Positions 11,901 to 24,700 of a stretch of 64,000 nt of DNA are shown here, in pieces. Origin of the DNA: the human T2T-CHM13v2.0 reference genome, Homo sapiens. The translations under genes were made by a program, and so were the position numbers. Each line of letters starts with the position of its first letter. The first letter of the stretch is position 1. The notes below the pieces were generated by a model. The model searched no databases, had not been told where the DNA came from, and was given only the letters and a program-made list of their open reading frames with translations. The DNA is taken from NCBI RefSeq assembly GCF_009914755.1, contig NC_060931.1. One strand, given 5' to 3'.

Positions 11901-13687
11901 GAGCACATTGAGGCTTATGGTGAAAAAGAAAATATCTTCAGACAAAAATTAGAAAGAAGGTTTCTGAGAAACAGCTTTCTGATGTGTGCATTCATCTTAC
12001 AGAATTAAATCTTTCTTTGGATTCAGCAGTTTGATAACTCTGATCTTGTAGAATCTGGAAATAAATATGTGGGAGCTTAATGAGGCCAAAGGCGAGAAAG
12101 TGAACATCCCAGGATAAAAACTAGAAAGAAGCTCAATGAGACACTTGTTAGGGATGTGTGCATTCATGTCAGAGAGTAAAACCCTTCTTTGGATTCAGTC
12201 TTTTGGAAACACTGTTTTGGTCCATTCTGGGAATAGACGTTTGTGGGCTCATTGAGGCCAATGACAAAAAAGGGAATATCCCAGGATAAAAGCTAGAAGG
12301 CAGCTATCTGAGAAACAGTTTTGTTATGTTTGCATCCATCTCTCAGAGTTGAACCTTTCTTTTCATTCAGCAGTTTGGAAACAATGTTTTTGTAGAATCT
12401 GCAAAGAGATATTTGGGCATGCTATGAGACCTATGGTGAAAAAAGAAATACCTTCAGAAAAAAATAGAAAGAAGCTTTCTGAGAAACTACTTCATAATGT
12501 TTACATTCATCTCACAGACTTAAACATTTCTTTTGATTCAGTAGTTTGGAAACAGAGTTTTTGTAGACTATGAAAAGGGATTTTTTGGAGCTCATTGAGG
12601 CCAAAGGTGAAAAAGTGAATATGCCAGGATAAAAACTAGAAGGAAGCTATCTGAGAAACTGTCTTATGTGTTTATCCATCTCACAGAGTTAAATGTTTCT
12701 TTTCATTCAGCAGTTTGGAAACACATTTTGGTACAATCTGTGAAGGGATATTTGGGGGTGCACTGAGGCCTATGGTGAAAAAGAGAATATCTTCAGATAA
12801 AAACTAGAAAGCAGCTTTCTGAGAAACTGCTCCATGATGTGTGCTTTCATGTCATGGAGTTAAACCTTTATTTAGATTCAGCATTTTGGAAACACTGTTT
12901 TTGTCCATTCTATGAATGGACACTTAGCAGCTCATTGATGTCAATGGCAAGAAAGTGAATATCAAAGGATAAAAACTCTAAGGAAGCTATCTGACAAACC
13001 ACTTGGTTATGTGTGTATTCATCTTGCACAGTTAAACCTTTCTTTATATTTAGACCTTTAGAAACACTGTTTTTTTAGATTCTGCAAAGGGACATTTGGG
13101 AGCTCATTGAGGCCAAAGGTGAAAAAGCATGCACCCGGGATAAAAACTAGAAGGAACCTATATGTGAAAAAGCTTAGTTATGTGTGCTTTCATCACACAG
13201 TTAAATCTTTCATTTCATTCAGCAGTTTGGAAACACTGTTTTGGTAGAATGTGCGATGAGATATTTCAGAGCACATTGAGGCATATGGTGAAGGAAATAT
13301 CTTTAGATGAAAACTAGAAAAAAGCTTCTGGAGAAAATGCTTTGTGATGTGTGCATTCATCTCAAAGAGTTAAACCTTTCTTTTGATTCATCGGTTTGGA
13401 GACACTGTTTTTCTCCGTCCACAGAATGGATAATTGGGAGTTCATTGAAACCAATGGCAAAAAAGTGAATTTCATAGGATAAAATGTAGAAGAATGACAT
13501 GTGACAAACTGGTTTGTGATGTATGCATTCATCTCACAGAGTTAAAGTTGTTTTTCATTCAGCAGTTTAGAAACACTATTTTTGTAGAATCTGCAAATGG
13601 GTATTTGGGAGATCATTGAGGCCAAATGCGAAAAATCCAATATCTCTGGACAAAAACTAGAATAAGTTATCTAAGAATCCACTTCAT
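2947..13687 (+). repeat. Alpha satellite, diverged monomeric/dimeric array, forward orientation
   Basis: Tandem ~171-173 bp units with GAGAAACTGCTTTGTGATGTGTGCATTCATCTCACAGAGTTAAAC (e.g. 3104, 3275, 3447). Neighbouring monomers are clearly divergent. Confidence 0.98.
5971..5987 (-). other. Example pJalpha / A-box motif (recurs in about every second monomer across the window)
   Basis: ctatggtgaaaaaggaa is the reverse complement of TTCCTTTTTCACCATAG and occupies the position where young alpha satellite carries the CENP-B box. Confidence 0.8.
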
Positions 13688-13980
13688 GGCCAGGTGCGGT
13701 GGCTCATGCCTGTAATCCCAGCACTTTGGGAGGCCAAGGCAGGCAGATGATGAGGTCAGGAGATTGAGACCATCCTGAATAACATGAGGAAACCCTGTCT
13801 CTAATAAAAATCCAAAAATTAGCCAAGTGTGGTGACAGGTGCCTGTAGTCCCAGCTACTTGGGAGGCTGAGGCAAGAGAATGGCATCAACCCAGGAGACA
13901 GAGCTTGCTGTGAGCAGAGATTGCACTACTGCCCTCCAGCCTGGGTGACAGAGTGAGACTCCCTCTCAAAAAAAAAAAAA
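13688..13980 (+). mobile_element. Full-length Alu SINE, AluY-like, with A13 tail and a 15 bp imperfect TSD
   Basis: ggccaggtgcggtggctcatgcctgtaatcccagc...gagactccctctc(A)13. Y-type diagnostics: gaggtcaggagat, agaatggc, gagcttgc. TSD aagaatccacttcat (13673-13687) / aagaaaccccttcat (13979-13993). Confidence 0.96.
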
Positions 13981-15704
13981 GAAACCCCTTCATGATGCAT
14001 GCATTCAGTGCATTCGTCTAACAGTGTTAAAGGTTTCTTTTCATTCAGCAGTTTGGAAACACATTTTGGTAGAATCTGCAAAGGGATATATGGGGGCGCA
14101 TTGAGGCTTAAGGTGAAAAAGGAAACATCTTCATATAAATAATAGAAAGAAGCCTTCTGAGAAATTGATTTGTGATGTCTGCTTTCATGGCACAGAGTTA
14201 AACATTTCTTTGGATACAGCATTTGGGAAACACAGTTTCTGTCCATTCTACGAATGGACATTTGGCATCTCATTGAGGCCAATGGCGAAAAAGTAAATAT
14301 CCAAGGATAAAAAATAGAAGGAACCTCTCTGAGAAACCGCATTGTGATATGTGCATTCATGTCACAGAGTTAAAACTTCCTTTTCATGCGGCAGTTTTGA
14401 ACCACTGTTTTCGTAGAATCTGCGAAGGGATATTGGGGGGTGCATTGAGGTCTATGGTGAAAAAGAAAGTATTTTCAGTAAAAAACTACAAAGAATCTTT
14501 CTGAGAAACTGCTTTGTGATGCGTACATTCATCTCACAGAGTTAAACATTTCTTTGGATTCAGCAGTATGGAAACACTGTTTTTGTAGAATCTGCAAAGG
14601 GGTATTTAGGAGCTCTCTGAGGCCAAGGCAAAAAAGTGAATATCCCAGGATAAAAGCTAGAAGAAAACTATCTGAGAAACCACTTGCTTATTTGTGCATT
14701 TATCTCACAGAGTTAAACTTTCTTTTAATTCAGCACAACAGTTTGGAAATACTGTTTTGTAAAATCTGCAAGGGAGTACTCGGTAGACCATTGTGGCCTA
14801 TGATGAAAAAGGAAATATCTTCAGACAAAAACTAGAAAGAAGCTTTCTGAGAAACTGCTTTGAGATGTGTGCATTCATCACACAGAGTGAAAGCTTTCTT
14901 TGGATTCAGCAGTTTAGAAACAATGTTTTTGTCCAGTCTGTGAATGGACATTTGGGAGCTCATCAAGGCCAATGGTGAAAAAGTGAATATCCCTGGAAAA
15001 AAGCTAGAAGTAAGCTATCTGAGACCGCTTTGTTATGTGCACCTTCTTCTCACAGAGTTAAACTTTTCTTTTCATTCAGCAGTTTGGAAACACTGTATTT
15101 TAAAATCTGCAAATGGATATATGGGAATGCTTTGAGTCCTACAATGAAAAAGGAAATATCTTCAGATGAAAACTAGAAAGAAGATTTCTGAGAAACAGCT
15201 TTGGATGTGTGCATTCCTCTCACAGAGTTAAACGTTTCCTTGAATTCGCCAGTTTGGAAACACTGTTTTTGTAGAATCTGTGAAGGGATATTTGGGAGGT
15301 CATTGAGGTCAAAGGCAAAAAAGTGAATATTCTAGCATAAAAACTAGAAGGAAACTATCTGAGAAACCTCTGTGTAATGTGTGCCTTGATCTCTCAAAGT
15401 TAAAATTTTCTTAACATTCAGCAGTTTGGAAGCGCTGTTTTTGTACCATCTGCAAAGGTATATTTGGTTGCGCATTGCAGCCTATGGTGAAAAAGAAATA
15501 TCTTCAGATAAAAACTACAAAGAAGATTTCTGAGAAACTGCTTCAGGAAAGGTGCATTCATATCACAGAGATATACATTTCTTTGGATTCAGCAGTTTGG
15601 AAACACTGTTTTTGTCCATTCTGTGATGGACATTAGGGAGCTCATTGAGGACAATGACAAAAAAGTGAACACTCCAGCATAAAAACTAGAAGGAAGTTAT
15701 CTGA
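13981..15704 (+). repeat. Alpha satellite, forward orientation
   Basis: The same monomers resume after the Alu TSD and end at ...gaaggaagttatctga. Confidence 0.97.
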
Positions 15705-18700
15705 AATACTCACTTTTTTGCCTTTGGTCTGATTGAGCTCCCAAATGTATATTCTGTGAATGGACAAAAACAGTGTTTCCCTACTGCTGAATCAAAAGAA
15801 ATGTTTATCTCTGTGAGATGAATGCACACATCACAAAGAAGTTTCTCAGAAATATTTTTTCTAGTTTTTATCTGATGATATTTCCTTTTACCATAGCCCT
15901 GAAAGAGCTTTGAAATTTATCTTCGTATATTCTATGAAAACAGTGTTTCTACAATGGTGAATGAAAAGAAAGTTTTAACTCTGCTAGATGAATGGATACA
16001 TCACAAAGCAGTTTCTCACATAGCTTCCTTCTAGTTTGTATCCTGGGATGTTCACTTTTTCACCTATGGCCTCAAAGAGCTATCAAATATCTCTTCAAAG
16101 ATTCTACTAAAACAGTGTTTACAAACTGGTTAATCCAAATAAATGTTGAAATCTGTGAGATGAATGCACATGTCACACAGCAGTTTCTCAGAAAGCTTCC
16201 TTCTAGTTTTGATCTGAAGTTATTTCCTTTTTCACCATAGGCCTCAAAGCACTCCTATATATACCTTCGCAGATTCTACCAAAAAAGTGTTTCCAAACTG
16301 CTGATTGAATAGAAAGTTTTAACTCTGTGAGATGAATGAACACATCACAAAGTGGTTTCTCAGATAGTTTCCTTCTAGTTTTTATCCTGGGATATTTGAT
16401 TTTTCCCAGACGGTCTCATGAGCTACTAAATATCCCTTCACAAATTCTAAAACAACAGTGTTTCCAAACTGCTGAATCCAAAGAAAGGTTTTACTCTGTG
16501 ATATGAATGCACACATCACAAAGCAGTTTCTCAGAAAGCTTCTTTCTAGTTTTCAACTGAAGATATTTCCTTTTTACCATAAGCCTAAATGCACTCCTAA
16601 ATATCCGTTCACAGTTTCTAGAAAAAGAGTGTTTCCAACCTGCTGAATGAAAACAAAGGTTTAACTCTGCTAGATGAATGCACACATCACAATGCGGTTT
16701 TTCAAATAGATTCCTTTTAATTTTTATCATGGAATATTCACTTTTTGGCCTTTGGCCTCAAAGAGCTCTCAAATATCCCTTTGCAGAATCTAGAAAAACA
16801 TTGTTTGCAAACTGCTGTATCCAAAAAATGGTTTAACTCTGTTATATGAATGCACACATCACAAAGCAGTTTCTCAAAAAGCTTCTTTCTAGTTTTTATC
16901 TGAAGATATTTCCTTTTTCACCATAGGCCACAATGTGCTCCCAAATATCCCTTTGCAATTTCTACCCAACCAGTATTTCCAAACTGTTGAATGAAAAGTA
17001 AAGTTTAACTCTGTGATTTGAATACACACATCACAAAGCAGTTTCTCAGATAGCTTTCTTCTAGGTTTTATCCTGGGATATTCTCTTTTTGGCCTTTGGC
17101 CTTAACGAGCTCCCAAATGTCCATTTGTAGAATGGACAAAAACAGTGTTTCTACACTGCTGAATCCAAAGAATGGTTTCACTCTTAGAGATGAATGCACA
17201 CATCACAAAGCACTTTCTCAGAAAGCTTCTATCTTGTTTTTATCTGAAGTTATTTCCCTTTTCACCATAGACCTCAATGTGCTCCCAAATATCCTTTCAT
17301 GGATTCTGCCAAAATAGTGTTTCCAAACTGCTGTATGAAAAGAAACTTTTAACTCTGCCAGGTGAATGCACACGTCACAAAGCAGTTTCTCAGATAGCTT
17401 CCTTCTAGTTTTTATCCTGTGATATTCACTTTTTCACCATTGGTGTTGATGAACTATCAAATGTCCTTTTTCAGAATGGACAAAAACAGTGTTTGCAAAG
17501 TGCTGATTTCACAGAAAGGATTAACTCTGTGAGGTGAATGCATACATCACAAAACAGTTTCTCAGAAAGCTTCTGTCTAGGTTTTATCTAAATATATTTC
17601 CTTTGTCACCATATGCCTCAATGAGCTCCCAGATATCCCTTTGAAGATTCTACAAAAACAGTGTTTCCACAATGCTGAATGAAAAGAAAGTTTTAACTCT
17701 GCAAGATGAATACACACATCACAAAGCAGTTTCTCAGATAGCTTTCTTCTAGTTTTTATTCTAGGATATTGACTTTTTCACCTTTGAACTCAATGACCTG
17801 CCAAAGGTCCATTCACAGAATGGACAAAAAGAGGTTTCCAAATTGCTGAATCCACAGAAAGTTTGACCTATGTGAGGTGAATGCACACATCACAATGCAG
17901 TTTTCCAGAAAGCTTTTATGTAGTTTTTACCTGAAGATATTTCCTTTTTCACTGTAGGCCTCAAGGAGTTCCCAAGTACCCTTTGCACTTTCTACCAAAA
18001 CAGTTTTTCAAAAATGCTGAATGAAAAGAAAGGTTTAACACCGTGAGTTGAAAGCACAAAGCACAAAGCGGTTTCTCAGATAGATTTCTTCAAGTATTTA
18101 TCCAGAGATATTGACTTTTTTGCTTTGGCCTCAATGAGCTCCGAAATGTCCCTTCATAGGATGGACAAAAACAGTGTTTCCAAACTGCAGAATCCAAAGA
18201 AACTTTTAACTCTGTGAGATAAATGCACTAATCACAAAGCAGTTTCTCGGAAAGATTCTCTTAGTTTTTATCTGAAGATGTTTCCCTTTTCACCATAGGC
18301 CTCAATTTGCTCTAAAATATCCCTTCTTAGATGTACAAAAATAGTATTTTTAAACTGCTGAAGGAAAAGAAAGTTTTACCTCTGCGAGGTGAATGCAGAC
18401 ATCACAAAGTGGTCTTTCAAATAGCTTCCTTCTAGTTTTAATCCTAGGATGTCCACTTTTTTGCCATTGGCCCCAATGACCTCCAAAATTTCTCTTCACA
18501 AATTCTACAAAAACAGTGTTTCCAAATGTCTGAATGCAAAGAAAGTTTTAACCCTGTGTGAAGCATAAACACATCACAAAGCAGTTTCTCAGAAAGTTTC
18601 TGTCTAGCTTGTATCTGAAGATATTTCCTTTTGCACCATAATCCTCAAGGCACTCCCAAATATAACTTTGCAGATTATAACAAAGCAGTGTTTCCAAACT

Positions 18701-21700
18701 GCTGAATAAAAAGAAAGGTTTGCCTCTGTAAGATGAATGTAGGCTTCACAAGGTGGTTTCTCAGATACCTGCCAAAACAGGGTTTCCAAGATTGCTGAAT
18801 GAAAAGAAATGTTTGTCTCTGTGAGGTGAATGCACACATCACAAACCAGTTTCTCAGATAGATTTTTTCCAGTTTTTATCCTGGGACATTTGTTTTTTTG
18901 GCCTTTGGTCTCGGTGAGCTCCCAAATGTCCATTTGCAAAATGGACAAAAACAGTGTTTGCAAACGGCTGAATTCCACAGAAATGTTTAACTCTGTGAAG
19001 TCAATGAACACATCACAAAGCTGTTTCTCAGAAAGTTTCTTTGTAGTTTTTATCTGAAGATAATTCCTTTTTCACCATAGGCCTCAATGTGCACCCAGTT
19101 ATCCCTTCACAGATACTGTGAAAACAGTGTTTCCAAACTGTTGAATGAAATTAAAGATTTATCTCTGTGGGATGAATGCACACATCACAAAGCAGTTTCT
19201 CAAATAGCTTCCTTCTAGTTTTTTTCCTGGGATATTCTCTTTTTCACCATTGGCCTCAATGAGCTCCCAAAATTCCCTTTGCAGATTGTACAACAACCAT
19301 GTTTGAAAACTGCTAAAAGCAAAAAAAGGTTTAGCTCTGTGAGATGAATACAAACATCACAAGGCAGTTTCTCAGTAAGCTTCTTTAAGTTTTTATCTGA
19401 AGATATTTCCTTTTTCACCTTATGCCACAATGTGCTCCCAAATATCCCTTTGTGGATTCTGCCAAAGCAATGTTTCCAGAATCCTGAATGAAAAGATAGT
19501 TTTAACTCTGTGAGGTGAATGCAAACACCACAAAGTGGTTTTTCTGTTAGCTTCATTCTAGTCTTTATCCTGGGATATTTGCTTTTTCGCCATTGGCCTC
19601 AATGAGCTCTCAAATGTCCATTTTCAGAATGGACAAAAACAGTGTTTTCAAACTGCTGATTCCACAGAAAGGTATATCTCTGTGAGATGAATGCAGGCAT
19701 CACAGAGCAGTTTCTCACAAACCTCCCATTTAGTTTTTATCTGAAGATATTTCCTTTTTCACCATAGGCCTCCATGCACTCCCAGGTATCACTTCACAGA
19801 TTCTATGAAAGCCGTGTTTCCAAACTGTTGAATGAAAAGAAAGTTTTAACTCTCCGAAGTGACTGTGCACATCCCAAAGCAGTTTCTCACAAAGCTTCTT
19901 TCTTGTTTTTATCTGAAGATATTTCCTTTTTCACCACAGGCCTTAATGCACTCCCAAATATCCCTTTGCAGAATCGGCCAAAACAGTGTTTCCAGACTGC
20001 TGAATGAAAAGAAAGGTTTATTTCAGTGAGATGAATGCACACATCACTAAGTGGTTCTCAGATAGCTTCCTTAAAGTTTTTATCCTGTGATATTCACTTT
20101 TTCCCCATTGGCCTCACTGAGCTCCCAAATGTCCATTTGCAGAATGGACAAAAACAGTGTGTGCAAACTGCTTAATCCACAGAAGAGTTGAACTCTGTGA
20201 TATGAGTGCACACATCACAAAGCAGTTTCTGAGAAAGGTTCTTTCCAGTTTTTCTCTGAAGATATTTCCTTTTTCACCATAGGCCTCAAAGTGCTCCCAG
20301 TTATCCCTTCACAGATTCTATGAAAACAGTGTTTCCAAACTGCTGAATGAAAATAAAGGTTTAACTCTGCAATATGAATGCACACATCACAAAGCATTTT
20401 CTCAGATAGCTTCTTTCTAGTTTTTATCCTGAGATATTCACTTTTTCACCATTGACCTCAATGAGCTCCCAAATATCCATTCACAGAATGGACAAAAACA
20501 GTGTTTACAAACTGCCATATCAACAGAAATTTTTATCTCTGTGAGAATAATTCCCACAAATCAAAGCTGTTTCTCAGAAAGTTTCTTTCCAGTTTTTATT
20601 TGAAGATATTTCGTTTTTCACCATTGGCCTCAGTTCACTCATAAATATCCCTTCACAGATTCCGACAAAACAGTGTTTCCAGACTGCTGAATTATAAACA
20701 AAGCTTTAACTCTATGAGGTGAATGCAAACATCACAAAGCTGTTTCTCAGATAGCTTCCTTCTAGTTTTTATCATGAGACATTCGCTTTTCCACCAATGG
20801 CCACAATGAGCTCCAAAATGTCCATATGCAGAATGGATGAAAACAGGGCTTGCAAACTGCTGAATCCACAGAAAGGAATAACTCTGTGAGGTGAATGCTC
20901 ACATGACAAAGGAGTTTCTGAAGAAGCTTCTTTCTGGTTTTTATCTGAAGATTTTTAATTTTTCTCCCTAGGCCTCAATGCACTCCCAGATAACCCTCCA
21001 CAGAATTCCACAAAAACGGTGTTTTCCAACTGCTGAATGAAAAGAAATGTTTAACTCAGTGAGATGGTTGTGCAAATCAGAAAGTGGTTTCTCAAATAGC
21101 TTTCTTCTAGTTTTTATCCTGGGATATTTATTTTTTCACCATTGGCCTCAATGAGCTCCTTAATATTTCTTCGCACATTCTAAAACAATGTTTCCACACT
21201 GCTGAATCCAAAGAAAGGTTTGACTCTGTGAGATGAATGCACACATCACAAAGCAGTTTCTCAGAAAGCTTCTTTCTAGTTTTTATCTGAAGATATTACT
21301 TTTTTAACCATGGGCCTCAACACACTAGCAGATATCATTTCACAGATTCTACAAAATCAGTGTTTCCAAACTGCTGAATGAAATGAAAGGTTTATCTCCG
21401 TTAGTTGAACACCTCACAAAGTCCTTTCTCAGATAGCTTCCTTCTAGTTTTTATCCTGGGATATTCACTTTTTCACCTTTGGCTTCAGTGAGCTCCTAAA
21501 TTTCTCTTCGCAGGTTCTACAACAGTGTTTCCAAACTGCTGAATTCAAAGAAAGGTTTAACTCTGTGAGATGAATGCAGAAATTACAAAGCAGTTTCTGA
21601 GGAAAATTTTTCTAGTTTTTATCTGAGGTTATTTCCTTTTTCACCATAGGCCTCTATACGCTCCAATATATATCTTCACATAATCTACAAAACAATGTTT

Positions 21701-24700
21701 CCAAACTGCTGAATGAAAAGAATGTTTTACCTCTGAGAGATGAATGCACACATGACAAAGTGGTTTCTCAGATAGCTTCCTTCTAGTTTTTATTCTGGGA
21801 TAGTCCATTTTTCCCCTTTGGCCTCCTTGTGTTCCCAAATTTTCCTTCACAGATTCTAAAACAACAGTGTTTTCAAACTGCTGAATACCAAGAAAGGTAT
21901 AACTCTGTGAGATGAATGCACACACCACAAAACAGTTTCTCGGAAAGGTTTTTTCTAATTTTTATCTGAAGATGTTTTTTTCACCATAGGCCTCAATGCA
22001 CTCCCAAATATCCCTCTGTGGATTCTGCCAAAACAGTGTTTACAGATTGCTGAATCAAAAGAAAGCATTAACTGTTCGAGGTGAATGCACACAACACAAA
22101 GCAGTATCTCAGATAGCTTTCTTCAAGTTTTTATCATGGTAAATTGGGTTTTTTGCCATTGGCCTCAATGAGCTCCCAAATATCGCTTTGCTGATTCTAC
22201 AACAGTTTTTCAAACTGCTGAATCCAAAGAAAGGTTTAACTCTGTGAGATGAATGCACATACCACAAAGTAGTTTCTCAGAAAGCTTCTTTCTAATTTTT
22301 ATCTGGAGATATTTCCTTTTTCACCATAGGCCTCAAAGCACTCCAAGATACACCTTTGCAGATTTTATGAAAACGTTGTTTCCAAAATGATGAATGAATA
22401 GAAAGTTTTATCTATGTGAGATGAATGCACACATCACAAAGTGGTTTCTCAGACTGATTTCTTCTAGTTTTTTTTTCCTGGGATATTTGATTTCTCACCA
22501 TAGGCCCTAATGAGTTCATAAATATACCTTTGCAGATTCTACGACCGTTTTCAAATTGCTGAATCCAAAGAAATGTTTAACTGTTAGATGAATGCACACA
22601 TCACAAAGAAATTTCTCAGAGAGCTTCTTTCTAATATTTCTCTGAAAATATTTCCTTTTCACCATTGGCCTCAATGCCCTCCCAAATATCCCTTCATGGT
22701 ATCTGCCAAAACAGTTTTTCCAGACTGTTAAATGAAAAGAAATATTTACCTCTATGAGGTGAATCCACACTTCACAAAGCAGTTTCTCAGATAACTTCCT
22801 TCTAGTTTTTATCCTGGAATATTTGCTTTTTCAACTTGGCCTCAATCAGCTCTCAAATAACCCTTCACAGATTCTACAACACCAGCATTTCCAGTTTGCT
22901 GAATCCAAAAATAGGTTTAACTGTATGAGATGAATGAACAAATCACAAGGCAGTTTCTCAGAAAGCTTCTTTCAAGTTTTTATCTGAAGATATTTCCTTT
23001 TTCACGATAGGCCTCAGTGAACAGCCAAATATATCTTCACAGATTCTACAAAAACAGTGTTTCAAAACTGCTGAATGAATAGAAACGTTTAACTCTGCAA
23101 GATGAATGCACACATCACAAAGCAGTTTCTCAGATAGCTTCTTTCTAGTTTTTATCCTGGAATATTAGCTTTTTCACCATTTGCCTCATTGAGCTCCCAG
23201 ATATCCATTTGCAGAATGCAAAACTGTGTTACCACACTGCTGAATACAAAGAAAAGTTTAACTCTGAGATAAATGCACACATCCAAAACCAGTTTCTCAT
23301 TAAGCTTCTTTCTATTTTTTATTTGAAGATATTTCCCGTTTTAACACAGGCCTCCATACTCTTCCAAATATCTCTTCACAGATTCTAATAAAACAGTGTA
23401 TCCCAACTGCTAAATGAAGAGAAAGTTTTAAGTCTGTGAGATGAATGCACACATTGCAAATCAGTTTCTCAGATAACTTCCTTCTAGTTTTTATCCTGGG
23501 ATGTTCCCTTTTTTGCCATTGGCCTCAATAAGCTCCCAAATATGCCTTTGTAGATTCTGCTACAACTGTGCTTCTGAACTGCTGAATCCACAGAAAGGTT
23601 TAACGCTGTCAGATGAATGCACACATCACAATCATTTTGTCAGAAATCTTCTTTCTAGTTTTTATCTGAAGTTATTTCCTTTTTCACCATAGGCCTCAAT
23701 GCACTCCAAGATACCACTTCACAGATTCTATGAAAACAGTGTTTCCAAACTGCTGAATGAAAAGAAAGGTTTAATCTTGTGAGATAAATGCATACATCAC
23801 AAACAGTTTCTCAGAAAGCTTCTTTCTTGTTTTTATCTGAAGATATTTCCTTTTTCCCCATAGGCCTCAATGCACTCTGAAGTATAACTTCACAGAAAAA
23901 CAGTGTTTCCAAACTGCTGAATGAAAATAAATGTTTAATTCTGTGAGATGAATGCACACATCACAAATCAGTTTCTCAGATAGCTTCCTTCTAGTTCATT
24001 TCCTGAGATATTCATTTTCTTGCCTTTGGTTTCATTAAGCTCCTAAATATCCCTTCACAGACTTTTCAACAACAGTTTTTCAAACTACTGAATCCTAAGA
24101 AAGGTTTAACTCTGTGAGATAAATACACACGTGAGAAAATAGGTTCTCAGAAAGCTTCTTTCTAGTTTTTACATGAAAGTATTTCCTTTTTCATCACAGG
24201 CCTCAAAGTGCTCCCTAATATCCCTTTGTGGATTCTGCCAAACCAGTATTCCAGACTCTGAATGAAAAGAAAGCATTAACTCTGTGAGGTGAATGCACAC
24301 ATCAAAAAGCTGTTTCTCAGATAGCTTCTTTGGAGATTTTATACTTGGATATTCACTTTTTTACATTTGGCCTCACAGAGCTCCCACATATTCTTTCACA
24401 GAATGGAGAAAAACAGTGTTGCAAACTGCTGAATCAACAGAAAGGTTGAACTCTGTGAGATGAATGCACACATCACAGACCAGTTTCTCAGAAAGTTTCT
24501 TTCTAGTTTTTATCTGAAGATATTTCTTTCTAAACCATAGGCCTCAATACACTTCCAGATATCACTTTGAAGATTCTACAAAAACAGAGTTTCTGAACTA
24601 CTGAATGAAAAGAAAATTTTAACTCTGTGAGATGAATGCATACATCACAAAGCAGTTTCTCAAGTAGCTTCCTTCTAGTTTTCATCCTGAGATGTTTTCT

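Noticed and set aside
15500-15900. Recent perfect fold-back palindrome at the strand switch
   Set aside because: The monomers on the two sides differ at many positions, so the symmetry is only generic satellite similarity.
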